Below, piece after piece: positions 51,237 through 60,577 of a stretch of 64,000 bases of DNA. Numbering within the stretch: position 1 is the first letter of the stretch; every line of letters starts with the position of its first letter. Source of the DNA: an uncultured Chloroflexia bacterium (GTDB taxonomy: Bacteria > Chloroflexota > Limnocylindria > Limnocylindrales > CSP1-4); contig CAWEYL010000001.1 in NCBI GenBank assembly GCA_963813335.1, positions 1,088,001 to 1,152,000 of the forward strand. The letters run 5' to 3'. The notes beneath the pieces were generated by a model. That model was given only the letters and a program-made list of their open reading frames with translations, was not told the DNA's origin and did not search any database. The translations under genes were made by a program, and so were the position numbers.

Positions 51237-52055
51237 CTACGCGTTGGCGCGGCTGAACGTGCGGGCCGCGATCCACACCGAGATCACGGCGAGGACGGCG
51301 GTGACCGCGACACCGATCGCGATCTCCGGATCGCCCCACTGGCCGTTGAACAGCGCCCGGGCCGCGTCCACCGTGTGGGTGAACGGGTTGATCGAGCTCA
51401 GGAACTGCAGCCAGTCCGGCGCGAGGGCCATCGGCAGCAGGATCCCCGAGAGCAGCAGCAGCGGCATCGCGATGCCCTGGACGAGCGGCGCGAACGCGTC
51501 CTCGCTCTTGAGGATCAGCGCCGCCGCGTACGAGAGCGGCGCGACCGCCAGGCCGATCAGGACCAGCAGCGCGAGGACGACGGCGATGCCGGCCGGCTCG
51601 ACGGTGAGGCCGAGCGGGATCGCCAGGATGATCAACAGGATGGCCTGGACCATCAGGATGACGACGTCGCGCAGCGACCGGCCGAGGAGCATCGCGCCGC
51701 GGCTCATCGGGGTGACGCGCATGCGCTCGATGACGCCGCTGCGCAGCTCGGCGATGAGCCCGAACCCGACGAACGCGGTCCCGAAGATCGCGATCTGGAT
51801 GAGCAGGCCGGGCACGAACCAGTTGAAGGCGCTGGTCCCGGTCCCGGCGGCCTTGGTCGCCCCCTCGAGGAGCGGGCCGAACAGGAACAGGTAGAGGACC
51901 GGGAGCATCATCCCGAACACGATCCAGGTGGGCTGCCGGATGGTCAGCCACAGGGACCGGTGGAAGATGAGCCACGTGTCGCGGACGAGCTGCACGGCGG
52001 GATTCCTCGCGGTCACGATCGGCTGGGCGGTGCTGATGGCGGTGGTGGCGGTCAT
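51237..52055 (-). CDS. ABC-2 type permease (DrrB-like)
   Basis: FVPGLL, GVIERMRVTP, LLSGILLP, NPFTH. Confidence 0.92.
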   Translation of the reverse strand: MTATTAISTAQPIVTARNPAVQLVRDTWLIFHRSLWLTIRQPTWIVFGMMLPVLYLFLFGPLLEGATKAAGTGTSAFNWFVPGLLIQIAIFGTAFVGFGLIAELRSGVIERMRVTPMSRGAMLLGRSLRDVVILMVQAILLIILAIPLGLTVEPAGIAVVLALLVLIGLAVAPLSYAAALILKSEDAFAPLVQGIAMPLLLLSGILLPMALAPDWLQFLSSINPFTHTVDAARALFNGQWGDPEIAIGVAVTAVLAVISVWIAARTFSRANA

Positions 52056-53035
52056 GCCGCAGGCTCCTCTCGAAGGGAACGTCCGGTCTGGCGAAGGAAG
52101 ACGTCGTCGAGGCTCGGCCGGGCGAGCGTCAGCGTCCGGGCGCGGAGGTTGGCGGCGTCGAGCAGCCGGATGAGCTGCGGGACGGCGCTGTCGCCCTGGT
52201 CGACATAGAGGCGGACCACGCCGTCCTCGGCGGATGCCTCGCGGACGAAGGACTCGGCGCGGACCAGCTGGAGGACCTGCTCGCGGTCGCCATCGACGCC
52301 GAGCGTGATGACGTCGCCGGCCACCTGGCGCTTGAGCTCGTCGGCGGTGCCCTCCGCCACGATCCTGCCGTGGTCGATGATCGCGAGGCGGTCGGCGAGC
52401 GCGTCGGCCTCCTCGAGGTAGTGGGTGGTGAGGAAGACGGTCGTCCCGGCCTCGCGCAGCCTGCGGATCTCGTCCCACATCCGGGCGCGCGCCTGCGGGT
52501 CCAGCCCGGTCGTCGGCTCGTCGAGGAACAGGACGCGCGGGCGGTGGACGATGCCGAGGCCCACGTCGAGCCGGCGGCGCATCCCGCCGGAGTAGGTAGT
52601 GGTCGGGCGGTCGGCGGCGGCGGTCAGCTCGAGCGCGTCGAGCACCTCCGCCGCGCGGCGCTGGGCCGAGGTCTTGTCGAGGCCGTAGAGCCGGCCCTGG
52701 ATCACGAGCTCGCCGCGGCCGGTCTCGGCCGGGTCCGTCGAGCCGCCCTGCGGCACGTAGCCGATCCGGCGGCGGACCTCCTGCGGCTCGCGGGCGAGGT
52801 CCACGCCGGCCACGGTCGCGCGGCCGCTCGTCGGCTTGAGCAGCGTGGCGAGCATCCGCAGCGTGGTGGTCTTGCCGGCGCCGTTGGGTCCGAGGAAGCC
52901 GAAGATCTCGCCCGCTTCGACCCGGAGGTCGACGCCGCGCACGGCCTCGACCGTCCCCTTCCGGACCTTGAAGGTCCGGCGCAGGTCCTCGGTCTCGATC
53001 ATCGGCGCGCCGGGGCCGGTCGAACTGTTCATCAT
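52052..53035 (-). CDS. ABC ATP-binding protein (DrrA-like)
   Basis: GPNGAGKTT, YSGGMRRRL, LDEPTTGLD, TTHY. Confidence 0.95.
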   Translation of the reverse strand: MMNSSTGPGAPMIETEDLRRTFKVRKGTVEAVRGVDLRVEAGEIFGFLGPNGAGKTTTLRMLATLLKPTSGRATVAGVDLAREPQEVRRRIGYVPQGGSTDPAETGRGELVIQGRLYGLDKTSAQRRAAEVLDALELTAAADRPTTTYSGGMRRRLDVGLGIVHRPRVLFLDEPTTGLDPQARARMWDEIRRLREAGTTVFLTTHYLEEADALADRLAIIDHGRIVAEGTADELKRQVAGDVITLGVDGDREQVLQLVRAESFVREASAEDGVVRLYVDQGDSAVPQLIRLLDAANLRARTLTLARPSLDDVFLRQTGRSLREEPAA

Positions 53036-53100
53036 GGTGTCCTCTCCTGTGCTCCGCTGCTGGTCGGCGGTCACTTGCGCCTTTTCGCATTGTGGGTCAA

Positions 53101-53119
53101 TATCTGCGCAGGGCAGATA
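53101..53119. promoter_or_regulatory. Palindromic operator, probable MarR site
   Basis: TATCTGC-N5-GCAGATA in the AT-richer divergent intergenic region. Confidence 0.65.
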
Positions 53120-53146
53120 ATCACCTACACAGGAGCACATGTCAAC

Positions 53147-54235
53147 ATGGACAAGCGACAGGGCATCGACGAGGTCGTTCGAGCCCTTCGGCGGGTCAAC
53201 TTCCAGGGATCGATCTTCGGCCAGTCCGTGGCCATCCGGCTCGGCCTGTCCGAGTCCGACATCGACGCCCTGGAGCTGCTCATCGATACGGGCGCGGCGA
53301 CGGCCGGGAAGCTCTCCGAGGTCATGGGCCTCACCACGGGCGCGGTCACGCGCGTGATCGACCGCCTCGAGCAGGCCGGCTACGTCCGGCGCACCACCGA
53401 CCCGGCCGACCGCCGGCGGGTCGTCATCGAAGTGGTCCCCGAGCGGGTCGCGACCGTCGAGTCACTGCTCGATTCGCTCGAGCACGCCGCGGCGGCGGAC
53501 GCGGAGCGCTACTCCCCGGAGCAGCTGGCCACGATCAACGACTTCCTCTCGCGGATGGCCGACCTCACCCAGACCGAGGCGACCCGCATCCGGACCGACA
53601 CCACCGAGCACCCGTCGGACCCGGTCGGGCCGTCCGAGCACTCGGCGCCGCTCGGCGGGCTCACGGCGGCCCGGCTGACGTTCCGCGCGGGCGCGCAGGA
53701 CCTCCGCCTGCGGACCGCCAAGCCGGGCCTGGACCTGTACCGCGCCCGCTTCGACGGCGCGACCCCGCACGTGCGCGTGCGCGACGGGCGCGTGCTGGTC
53801 CAGTACCGCGGCATCCCGTTCGACTGGCGCAAGCGCGTGGCGACGATGACGCTCAACCCGTCGATCCCGTGGGCGATCGAGATCGTCGGCGGGGTCAACC
53901 GCATCGAGGCCGACCTCATCGAGCTCGACCTGGAGCGCCTCGAGGTCACGGGCGGCTCCGAGCGGACCCAGCTCGAGGTCGGTCGGCCGCACGGCGAGGT
54001 CCCGATCCGGATCACGGGCGGCATCAAGATCATCCGCCTGGAGCGGCCGGCGGGCATCCCGATCCGGCTCGCGATCTCGGGTGGCGTCAGCTCCGTCGAG
54101 ATCGACGGCCAGATGACCGGCCACCACGGCGGCAACACCTCGATCGAGACGCGCGGCTGGTCCGAGGCCATCGACCGCTACAGCCTGGAGATCACCGGCG
54201 GCACGAAGACCGTCACGATCGTCGAGCGCCGCTAG
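53147..54235 (+). CDS. MarR regulator fused to a C-terminal beta-repeat domain
   Basis: GLTTGAVTRVIDRLEQAGYV..DPADRRRV; C-terminal xIxGG repeats. Confidence 0.85.
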   Translation: MDKRQGIDEVVRALRRVNFQGSIFGQSVAIRLGLSESDIDALELLIDTGAATAGKLSEVMGLTTGAVTRVIDRLEQAGYVRRTTDPADRRRVVIEVVPERVATVESLLDSLEHAAAADAERYSPEQLATINDFLSRMADLTQTEATRIRTDTTEHPSDPVGPSEHSAPLGGLTAARLTFRAGAQDLRLRTAKPGLDLYRARFDGATPHVRVRDGRVLVQYRGIPFDWRKRVATMTLNPSIPWAIEIVGGVNRIEADLIELDLERLEVTGGSERTQLEVGRPHGEVPIRITGGIKIIRLERPAGIPIRLAISGGVSSVEIDGQMTGHHGGNTSIETRGWSEAIDRYSLEITGGTKTVTIVERR

Positions 54236-54241
54236 TCGGCC

Positions 54242-54700
54242 CTAGCCGCGGAGGCGCTCGACGGTCTTCGCCGCGCGGCGCTCGCGGGTCTCGGCCTGCT
54301 TGCCCTCGGCGACGTGCTCGGCGTATTCGCGGCGGTGCGAGGGGGCGAGCGCGTCCCAGGCGGCCGTCGCGGCCGGGTCGGCGGCCAGCGCCGCGGCCAG
54401 CTCGGGCGGGATCGCGATATCGGCGGAGCGCGAGCGCTCGTCGCGCTCCAGGTCGAACTCGACCGTGTCGCCGTTGGCCTTGCCGAGCGAGGTCCGGACG
54501 GCCTTGTTGACGACCATCATCACGGTCTTGCCGTGGCCCTCGACCGTGTAGGGCATGAACTGGTTGCGGAACGGCCGGCCGTCGATCGTGCCGACCACCG
54601 AGGTCCGGCCCGTGACCTTGAGCGCGGCGACCACCTCGGCCGGGATCTCGACGAAGGTCCCCAGGGGCGCCGGCAGCAGCTCCACGGTGAAGCGGACCAC
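54242..54700 (-). CDS. DUF1905 + YdeI/OmpD-associated domain protein
   Basis: VVGTIDG, IPPELAAAL, LAPSHRREY, AETRERR. Confidence 0.85.
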   Translation of the reverse strand: MVRFTVELLPAPLGTFVEIPAEVVAALKVTGRTSVVGTIDGRPFRNQFMPYTVEGHGKTVMMVVNKAVRTSLGKANGDTVEFDLERDERSRSADIAIPPELAAALAADPAATAAWDALAPSHRREYAEHVAEGKQAETRERRAAKTVERLRG

Positions 54701-54702
54701 CC

Positions 54703-55398
54703 CTACGCCTCGGGCGAACGGCGCTCGAGGTGGGCGAAGAACTCGGCGCGGGTCCGGTCGCGTGTCCGGAACAGCCCGAGCACGGACGACGTGGTCATGA
54801 TCGTGCCGGGCTTGCGGATGCCGCGCATGACCGCGCAGAGGTGGGTCGCCTCGATCACGACGCCGACGCCCTGCGGCTCGAGCCGGTCCTGGAGGAACTC
54901 GGCGACCTGCTGGGTGAGCCGCTCCTGGACCTGGAGCCGGCGCGCGTAGGTCTCCACGATGCGCGGGATCTTGGACAGGCCGATGACCCGGCCGCGCGGG
55001 ATGTACGCCACCGCCGCGGTCCCGAAGAACGGCAGCAGGTGGTGCTCGCACAGCGAGTAGAACGGGATGTCCTTGACCACGACCATCTCGCTGTAGGCGA
55101 CATCGAAGACGGCGTTGTTGATCAGCCGCTCCGGGTCGACGTGGTAGCCGGCGGTCAGCTCGGTGTACATCCGGTGGACCCGGCCCGGCGTCCCGACCAG
55201 GCCCTGGCGGTCCGGGTCCTCGCCGATCTCGACCAGGATCTCGCGGACGGCCGCCTCGACGCGCCCGTTGTCGCCGGACGGGTGGCGGCTGGCGGCGCCG
55301 CTGATGTCGTCGGCGGCCACGTCGGACTCGCCGATCTCGGATTCGATCTCCTCGACGAGGCGTCGGACGTTGGGTGGCAGGTCGGTCGGGCTGGGCAA
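54703..55398 (-). CDS. folE: GTP cyclohydrolase I
   Basis: [39 protein letters not shown]. Confidence 0.95.
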   Translation of the reverse strand: MPSPTDLPPNVRRLVEEIESEIGESDVAADDISGAASRHPSGDNGRVEAAVREILVEIGEDPDRQGLVGTPGRVHRMYTELTAGYHVDPERLINNAVFDVAYSEMVVVKDIPFYSLCEHHLLPFFGTAAVAYIPRGRVIGLSKIPRIVETYARRLQVQERLTQQVAEFLQDRLEPQGVGVVIEATHLCAVMRGIRKPGTIMTTSSVLGLFRTRDRTRAEFFAHLERRSPEA

Positions 55399-55455
55399 GG
55401 CGGGCCTCCAGGTGAGGGCTGCGATGGTACGTCGCTCGCTGGTAGGCTGCGAGCC

Positions 55456-55962
55456 ATGACCCATCCACGCGCCGACCAGCTCCGGTTCGCCCGTTCCGAA
55501 TGGCAGCGCGGGCTCGTCGGGCTGAGCGACGAGGACGCTCGCAAGCGCCTCCTGCCGATGAACTCGATCTCCTGGATGATCGGCCACCTCGCGTGGCACG
55601 AGCGCCTGATCTGGTTCGTGCGTGGGCAGGGGCTCGAGGTCGAGCCGATCCTCGACGCGGTCGCGTCGGGGCAGCCCGCGACGACGCCGCCGCTCGACGA
55701 GATGCTCGCGGTCTGGGCACGGATCACGGCCGCCGCCGACCCGTTCATCGACACGCTGACGACCGAGGCGCTCGAGGTGCCCCTCCCCTTCGACAAGCGC
55801 GAGCCGCCGTCGGTCGCCGGGTCGCAGTTCCAGCGCATCACCTACCACTACTGGAACCACATCGGCGAGGCCTCGGCCGTGCGCCAGATCCTGGGCCACG
55901 CCGACGTGCCCGAGTACGTGGGCGACCTCGACGGGCTGGCGCCCTACCGGCGGGAGACCTAG
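55456..55962 (+). CDS. DinB-family protein
   Basis: [19 protein letters not shown]. Confidence 0.85.
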   Translation: MTHPRADQLRFARSEWQRGLVGLSDEDARKRLLPMNSISWMIGHLAWHERLIWFVRGQGLEVEPILDAVASGQPATTPPLDEMLAVWARITAAADPFIDTLTTEALEVPLPFDKREPPSVAGSQFQRITYHYWNHIGEASAVRQILGHADVPEYVGDLDGLAPYRRET

Positions 55963-56001
55963 CCGGGTCGGTTCGCGGGCGCCCTCGGCCCGGGCGGCCC
56001 G

Positions 56002-56637
56002 TCAGCCCGGGCGGCCGCGGCGGCCCAGGTAGTCGTGCCAGAGCAGGCGCGCGGCCACGGAACGCCAGGGCCGCCACGCCTCGCCGATCGCGCGCAGCTC
56101 TTCAGCGTCCGGGCGGTGGTCGAGGCCCTTGACCTCGGCGGCCGCCTGGGCCAGCGCGATGTCGCCCACGGGCCACACATCCGGGCGGCCCAGCACCATC
56201 AGCAGGTAGATCGACGATGTCCACGGCCCGATGCCCGGCATCGCCTCGAGCGCGTGGCGGACGCCGTCGTCGTCGAGCCGATGCAGACCGTCGAGGTCGA
56301 GCCCGCCCGAGCGCACTGCGGCCGCCAGCTCGCGGCTGTAGCGCGCCTTCTGGCGGCTGAACCCGAACGCGAGCAGGTCCGCGTCGCTGAACCCGAGGAA
56401 GCGCTCCGGGGTCGGCATGCCGTCCGAGGCTGCGGCCAGCCGGTCGAAGGCGGCCTGCGCGGACGCGAGCGAGACCTGCTGCTCGAGGATCAGGTGGACC
56501 AGCGTGGCGAAGCCGGGCGCGCGGTCCCACAGCGGCGGGATGCCGTGGCGGGCCACGATCTCGGCGAGGTCGGCGTCACGCGCCGCCAGCACCGCGACCG
56601 CGGCGGCCAGGGCGGTCCCGTCGAGCGGCTCGATCAG
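56002..56637 (-). CDS. DNA-3-methyladenine glycosylase (AlkA/HhH-GPD family)
   Basis: ILEQQVS, GFSRQK, PGIGPWT, DVWPVGD, WRPWRS. Confidence 0.9.
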   Translation of the reverse strand: MIEPLDGTALAAAVAVLAARDADLAEIVARHGIPPLWDRAPGFATLVHLILEQQVSLASAQAAFDRLAAASDGMPTPERFLGFSDADLLAFGFSRQKARYSRELAAAVRSGGLDLDGLHRLDDDGVRHALEAMPGIGPWTSSIYLLMVLGRPDVWPVGDIALAQAAAEVKGLDHRPDAEELRAIGEAWRPWRSVAARLLWHDYLGRRGRPG

Positions 56638-57749
56638 ACGACCGAGCCGCCGGCCGCGAAGCCGCCAGCGGGGAGCGGATCGAACGGCCGCCCCTCGGCC
56701 CCGCGCAGCCACGCCCGGGCGTTCTCGCCGAGCGACGGGCGGTGGTAGCCGCCCTCCTGGAGGACGACCAGCCGGCGCCCGAGCGCCGCGACCCGCCGGC
56801 CGACCTCGTGGTAGACGTCGGTCGTGAGCGCGAAGTCGCCGATCGGGTCGAGCCCGTACGTGTCGAAGCCGAGCGACACGACGACCACCGAGCCGGGCAC
56901 CGCCGCCATCGCCTCGACCGCGCGGTCGGTGGCCTCGAGGTAGTCCTCGTTGGTCGCGCCGGCCCGCAGCGGCAGGTTCAGGTTCTCGCCGGCACCCGGG
57001 CCCTCCCCCGTTTCGTCCGCGCGACCGAGGAAATACGGGTAGGCGCGCTGCGGGTCGGCGTGGATCGAGACGTAGCGCACGTCGCCGCGGCGCCAGAAGA
57101 TCTGCTGCGTCCCGTTCCCGTGGTGGTAGTCGACGTCGAGGATCGCCACCCGCTCGCCCGTGGCGCGCGTGATCGCTTCGGCCGCGATCGCGGCGTTGTT
57201 GAAGAAGCAGTAGCCGCCGTACATCGAGCGGGCGGCGTGGTGGCCGGGCGGCCGGCACAGGCCGTAGGCGACCGCATCCCCGCCGAGGACGAGGTCCACC
57301 GCGGTGAGCGCCGCGTCCACGGCGCCGCGCGCCGCGACGTACGTGCCCGCGACCAGCGGTGCGGCGGAGTCCAGGCCCCAGTACCCGGCCCGCCCGCCGA
57401 CGTGCTCCGGCTCGCGCACGAGCGACTCGATCGCTTCGGCGCTCATCCCCTCGAACATCGCGCGGTTTGGGTACGTGTCGGCCGACAGGAACGGCACCGT
57501 CTGCTGCTGGCGGCGCACCTCGTGCCAGGCGACCTCGAGGAAGCGGAGGAGCCCCTCGTCGTGGACGGCGGTGATCGGTGCCTCGCCGTGCTCGGTCGGG
57601 GCGACCACCTCGTAGCCGCCGTCGGCCTCGAGCGTGCGGCGGATGATCTCGGCGCGCTCCGCCACCTCGTTGGCCGGGACCCCCTGGCCCATGTAGGTCT
57701 CGGTCGTGATGTCGTGGCCCAGGTGGCTCGGCGTGTAGACGACCCGCAT
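56634..57749 (-). CDS. Histone deacetylase family (acetylpolyamine amidohydrolase-like)
   Basis: RPPGHHA, GGYCFFNN, DVDYHHGNGTQ, SLGFD, QEGGY. Confidence 0.93.
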   Translation of the reverse strand: MRVVYTPSHLGHDITTETYMGQGVPANEVAERAEIIRRTLEADGGYEVVAPTEHGEAPITAVHDEGLLRFLEVAWHEVRRQQQTVPFLSADTYPNRAMFEGMSAEAIESLVREPEHVGGRAGYWGLDSAAPLVAGTYVAARGAVDAALTAVDLVLGGDAVAYGLCRPPGHHAARSMYGGYCFFNNAAIAAEAITRATGERVAILDVDYHHGNGTQQIFWRRGDVRYVSIHADPQRAYPYFLGRADETGEGPGAGENLNLPLRAGATNEDYLEATDRAVEAMAAVPGSVVVVSLGFDTYGLDPIGDFALTTDVYHEVGRRVAALGRRLVVLQEGGYHRPSLGENARAWLRGAEGRPFDPLPAGGFAAGGSVV

Positions 57750-58703
57750 TCAGGCCCCTCGATCGGCGGTGTCGCTCGCGACCGACAGGATGGCCGCGCT
57801 CACCGCATCCGGACGGTAGCGCATCAGGTTGTGGCCATCGTGGCGGAACGGCACCGTGCGGATCGGCGGGCGGCCGGCGGAGGCGCGCGCGGCGTCCACG
57901 GCGGCCATCGCCGCGTCGCGAGTCCCTGGCCGGTCGTCGGACGGGTCGGCGGCCAGCAGCGCGACGATCGGCGCGTCCACCGCGGCGAGGGCCGCGACCG
58001 GGTCGTAGTCGAACATCGTGCGCACGCACGCGGCCGTGACGTGCGGCCGCGTCGTCGGTACCACCCGTCCGGCGTGCGTCTCGACCACGCTCGCTCGCGC
58101 CGCGCGCTCCTGGTCGGCGTCCCACGTGGCGGGGTCGAAGCCCTGGCGGTCCGCGAGGAACGCGGTCATCGAGCGCATGACCTCGGGCGGCTCGTCGAGG
58201 CCGCGCATGAACTCCTCGAGGTCGAGGCCGGTCGAGGCTTCGATCGACTCCCAGCCGCCGTCGACGAGCACCAGCCCCGCGCAGCGCGGACCGAGCGCCC
58301 GGGCGGCCTCGGCGGCGACCATCGCCCCGAATCCGTGCCCGACGAGGACGACGCGGTCCGCCAGCTCGGCGAGCAGGCCGGACCCCTCGGCGACCGCGAT
58401 CGCGTCCTCGGCGAGGACCGGGAGGTCGTAGGCGTCGGTCTCCGTCGGCGCGTCGGACAGGCCGTGGCCGCGCAGGTCCATCGCCACGACCGAGCGGACG
58501 CCGCGGACCCGCCGCGCGACCGGCGACCAGATCCAGGCGGTCCCCCCGAGCCCGTGGATGAGCAGGACGCCGGGCCCGTCCGCGGCGACCGGGCCGCCCC
58601 AGTCGAGGAAGTGGACGCGGTCGCCGGGGGCGATCTCCACGACGAACCCCTCGGGCTCGGCGGTCGGGTCCGGGGCCGGGACGACGGGCGTGCGGGTCTC
58701 CAT
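57750..58703 (-). CDS. Alpha/beta hydrolase-fold protein (nucleophile Ser absent)
   Basis: LLIHGLGG, DLRGHGLS, LVGHGFGA, LVLVDGG, GHNL. Confidence 0.85.
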   Translation of the reverse strand: METRTPVVPAPDPTAEPEGFVVEIAPGDRVHFLDWGGPVAADGPGVLLIHGLGGTAWIWSPVARRVRGVRSVVAMDLRGHGLSDAPTETDAYDLPVLAEDAIAVAEGSGLLAELADRVVLVGHGFGAMVAAEAARALGPRCAGLVLVDGGWESIEASTGLDLEEFMRGLDEPPEVMRSMTAFLADRQGFDPATWDADQERAARASVVETHAGRVVPTTRPHVTAACVRTMFDYDPVAALAAVDAPIVALLAADPSDDRPGTRDAAMAAVDAARASAGRPPIRTVPFRHDGHNLMRYRPDAVSAAILSVASDTADRGA

Positions 58704-58725
58704 CGACCCGTAGGATACGGGCGCC

Positions 58726-59136
58726 ATGGCCAAGCGCCGACGGGGCGCGCGGAGCGCCCCACCCAGAGCCAGCCGCCACCGCCCGTTCGACGAGCTCGTC
58801 GACGACGCGCTGGCGACGATCCCGATGCCGTTCGCGGCCGCCCTCGACGAGGTCGCGATCGTGATCGCGGACGAGCCGTCCGCCGAGCAGCGGCGCGAGA
58901 ACGACCTCGGCCCGGACGACACGCTCTACGGCCTGTACGAGGGCGTGCCGCGCACCGAGTGGGCCGCCGACTGGGCCGCGGCCCCCAACCGGATCACGCT
59001 CTTCCGTCTCCCGCTCGAGGAGGACTTCGCCGACCCCGACGACCTCGCCGACGAGGTCTGGCTCACCGTGGTCCACGAGCTGGCCCACCATCTGGGCATC
59101 GACGACGACCGGCTCCACGACCTGGGCGTGGACTGA
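58726..59136 (+). CDS. Zincin-like minimal metallopeptidase
   Basis: LYGLYEGVP, RITLFR, VVHELAHHLGIDD. Confidence 0.9.
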   Translation: MAKRRRGARSAPPRASRHRPFDELVDDALATIPMPFAAALDEVAIVIADEPSAEQRRENDLGPDDTLYGLYEGVPRTEWAADWAAAPNRITLFRLPLEEDFADPDDLADEVWLTVVHELAHHLGIDDDRLHDLGVD

Positions 59137-59194
59137 GGCGAGAGCGGGCGCCGGGGCGGGCGCCGCGTCCCGACCGGGCGTGGCGTGACGACGT

Positions 59195-59367
59195 TTCCGT
59201 CAGATGACCTTCAGGCGGTCCTTGGTCACCACGCGACCGCCCGAACCGGCCGGTCTCGGCCGGAATTCTGGGCTCCTCGAGGCCGATCCCCTGCCAGATG
59301 TCGCCCAATCGGATCATCTGCCGGGATCTCTCTGACGAGTGCCCGCCTGGTGGTCATCTGTCAGGAA
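59195..59367. repeat. Long imperfect palindrome between convergent genes
   Basis: Arms TTCCGTCAGATGACCTTCAGGCGG and CCGCCTGGTGGTCATCTGTCAGGAA, with two internal hairpins. Confidence 0.7.
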
Positions 59368-59443
59368 CCGGACCCGATCGAGCCGCGCGGCGAGGGAACC
59401 CGACCGACACGGGGACATGACGACCACTCTGGCCCGCGAGCCT

Positions 59444-60577
59444 CTAGCCGAGGACCTGCAGGATCCCGATCAGGCCGGCGACCCCGAGCGCCATCCAGGC
59501 GATCAGCGGCCGGGTGATCCAGCGGAACGGTCGCTGGCCCGGTCGCCGGACATCGGGGTCGCCACGACCGCCCTCGCGAACGTGCTCGAGGCCGTAGGTC
59601 GCGTGGGTGAGCCCGACGAACATCACGACCTGCGGCGCGATGGCGATGGCGGTCACCGTGTAGACGAGCGTCCCGATGGCGAAGACGCCGATGACGATCC
59701 CGACCGTGATGAGCATCAGCCCGAGCGTTCCGGACTCCGGGCCGAGGCCCGCCGCATCCGCGGCCCGGAACGCGAGGTCCAGCCCCACGCCGAGCCCGAA
59801 CAGGATCAGCAGCTGGGCGACGGTGTCGAACAGGGCGACGACGATCGCCGCGACCTTGCGGGCGTTGAAGACGCGGAGCGAGCGGCGGAGCGCCTCGATC
59901 GCCGACACGTCGCCGAGGACGATCCCGGTCAGGAGGTACGCGAACGGCGCGCCGAGCAGTGCGGTCACGATGAGCGTGACGATGACCGCCGCGTCGCCGC
60001 TGAAGTCGGTCGAGGTCCCGAACCAGCCCACCATCCAGTCCTGGAGCAGCTGCAGCGGGATGCCGATGATGAGGGTCGCGGCGAGCGCCCGCAGGAAGAC
60101 CATCCGCGCCCGCGCCAGGGCCTGCCGGACGGTGATCGGGCGGCCGACCAGCCGCGCCCCGAGGAGCGACGCCGCGATGATCCGGCCGTCGACGTTGGCG
60201 ATGATGAAACCGACCGCCGCGATGAAGAGCAGGAACCGATCCCACGCGTCATAGGTCGGGCCCAGGACGACGAGGCTCTCGAACTCGGTGCGCGACACGT
60301 CGGTGACGACCGTGGCCCAGGCGGCCAGCGCGAGCGGCGCGAGGGTCCCGAGGATCACGATGCCGATGTAGAACGACGCGGGCCGCATCTCCTGCGACGA
60401 CCGCATGAGCAGGTCGAAGCTGGCACCGAGGAGGCGCCGGGTCGACTCGACCGGCGGCATGGGCGGGGCCGGCGGGACCGGGATCGCCGGCTCGTCGGGC
60501 AGCCCGGCCTCCGGGACGATGGCCGCCTCCGGGACGATGGCCGCCTCGGCGACCGCGGCGGCCTCGGGATCGCTCAC
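59444..60577 (-). CDS. Polytopic membrane protein of unknown function
   Basis: About 7 hydrophobic segments; GTG start overlaps the upstream stop (GTGA). Confidence 0.75.
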   Translation of the reverse strand: MSDPEAAAVAEAAIVPEAAIVPEAGLPDEPAIPVPPAPPMPPVESTRRLLGASFDLLMRSSQEMRPASFYIGIVILGTLAPLALAAWATVVTDVSRTEFESLVVLGPTYDAWDRFLLFIAAVGFIIANVDGRIIAASLLGARLVGRPITVRQALARARMVFLRALAATLIIGIPLQLLQDWMVGWFGTSTDFSGDAAVIVTLIVTALLGAPFAYLLTGIVLGDVSAIEALRRSLRVFNARKVAAIVVALFDTVAQLLILFGLGVGLDLAFRAADAAGLGPESGTLGLMLITVGIVIGVFAIGTLVYTVTAIAIAPQVVMFVGLTHATYGLEHVREGGRGDPDVRRPGQRPFRWITRPLIAWMALGVAGLIGILQVLG

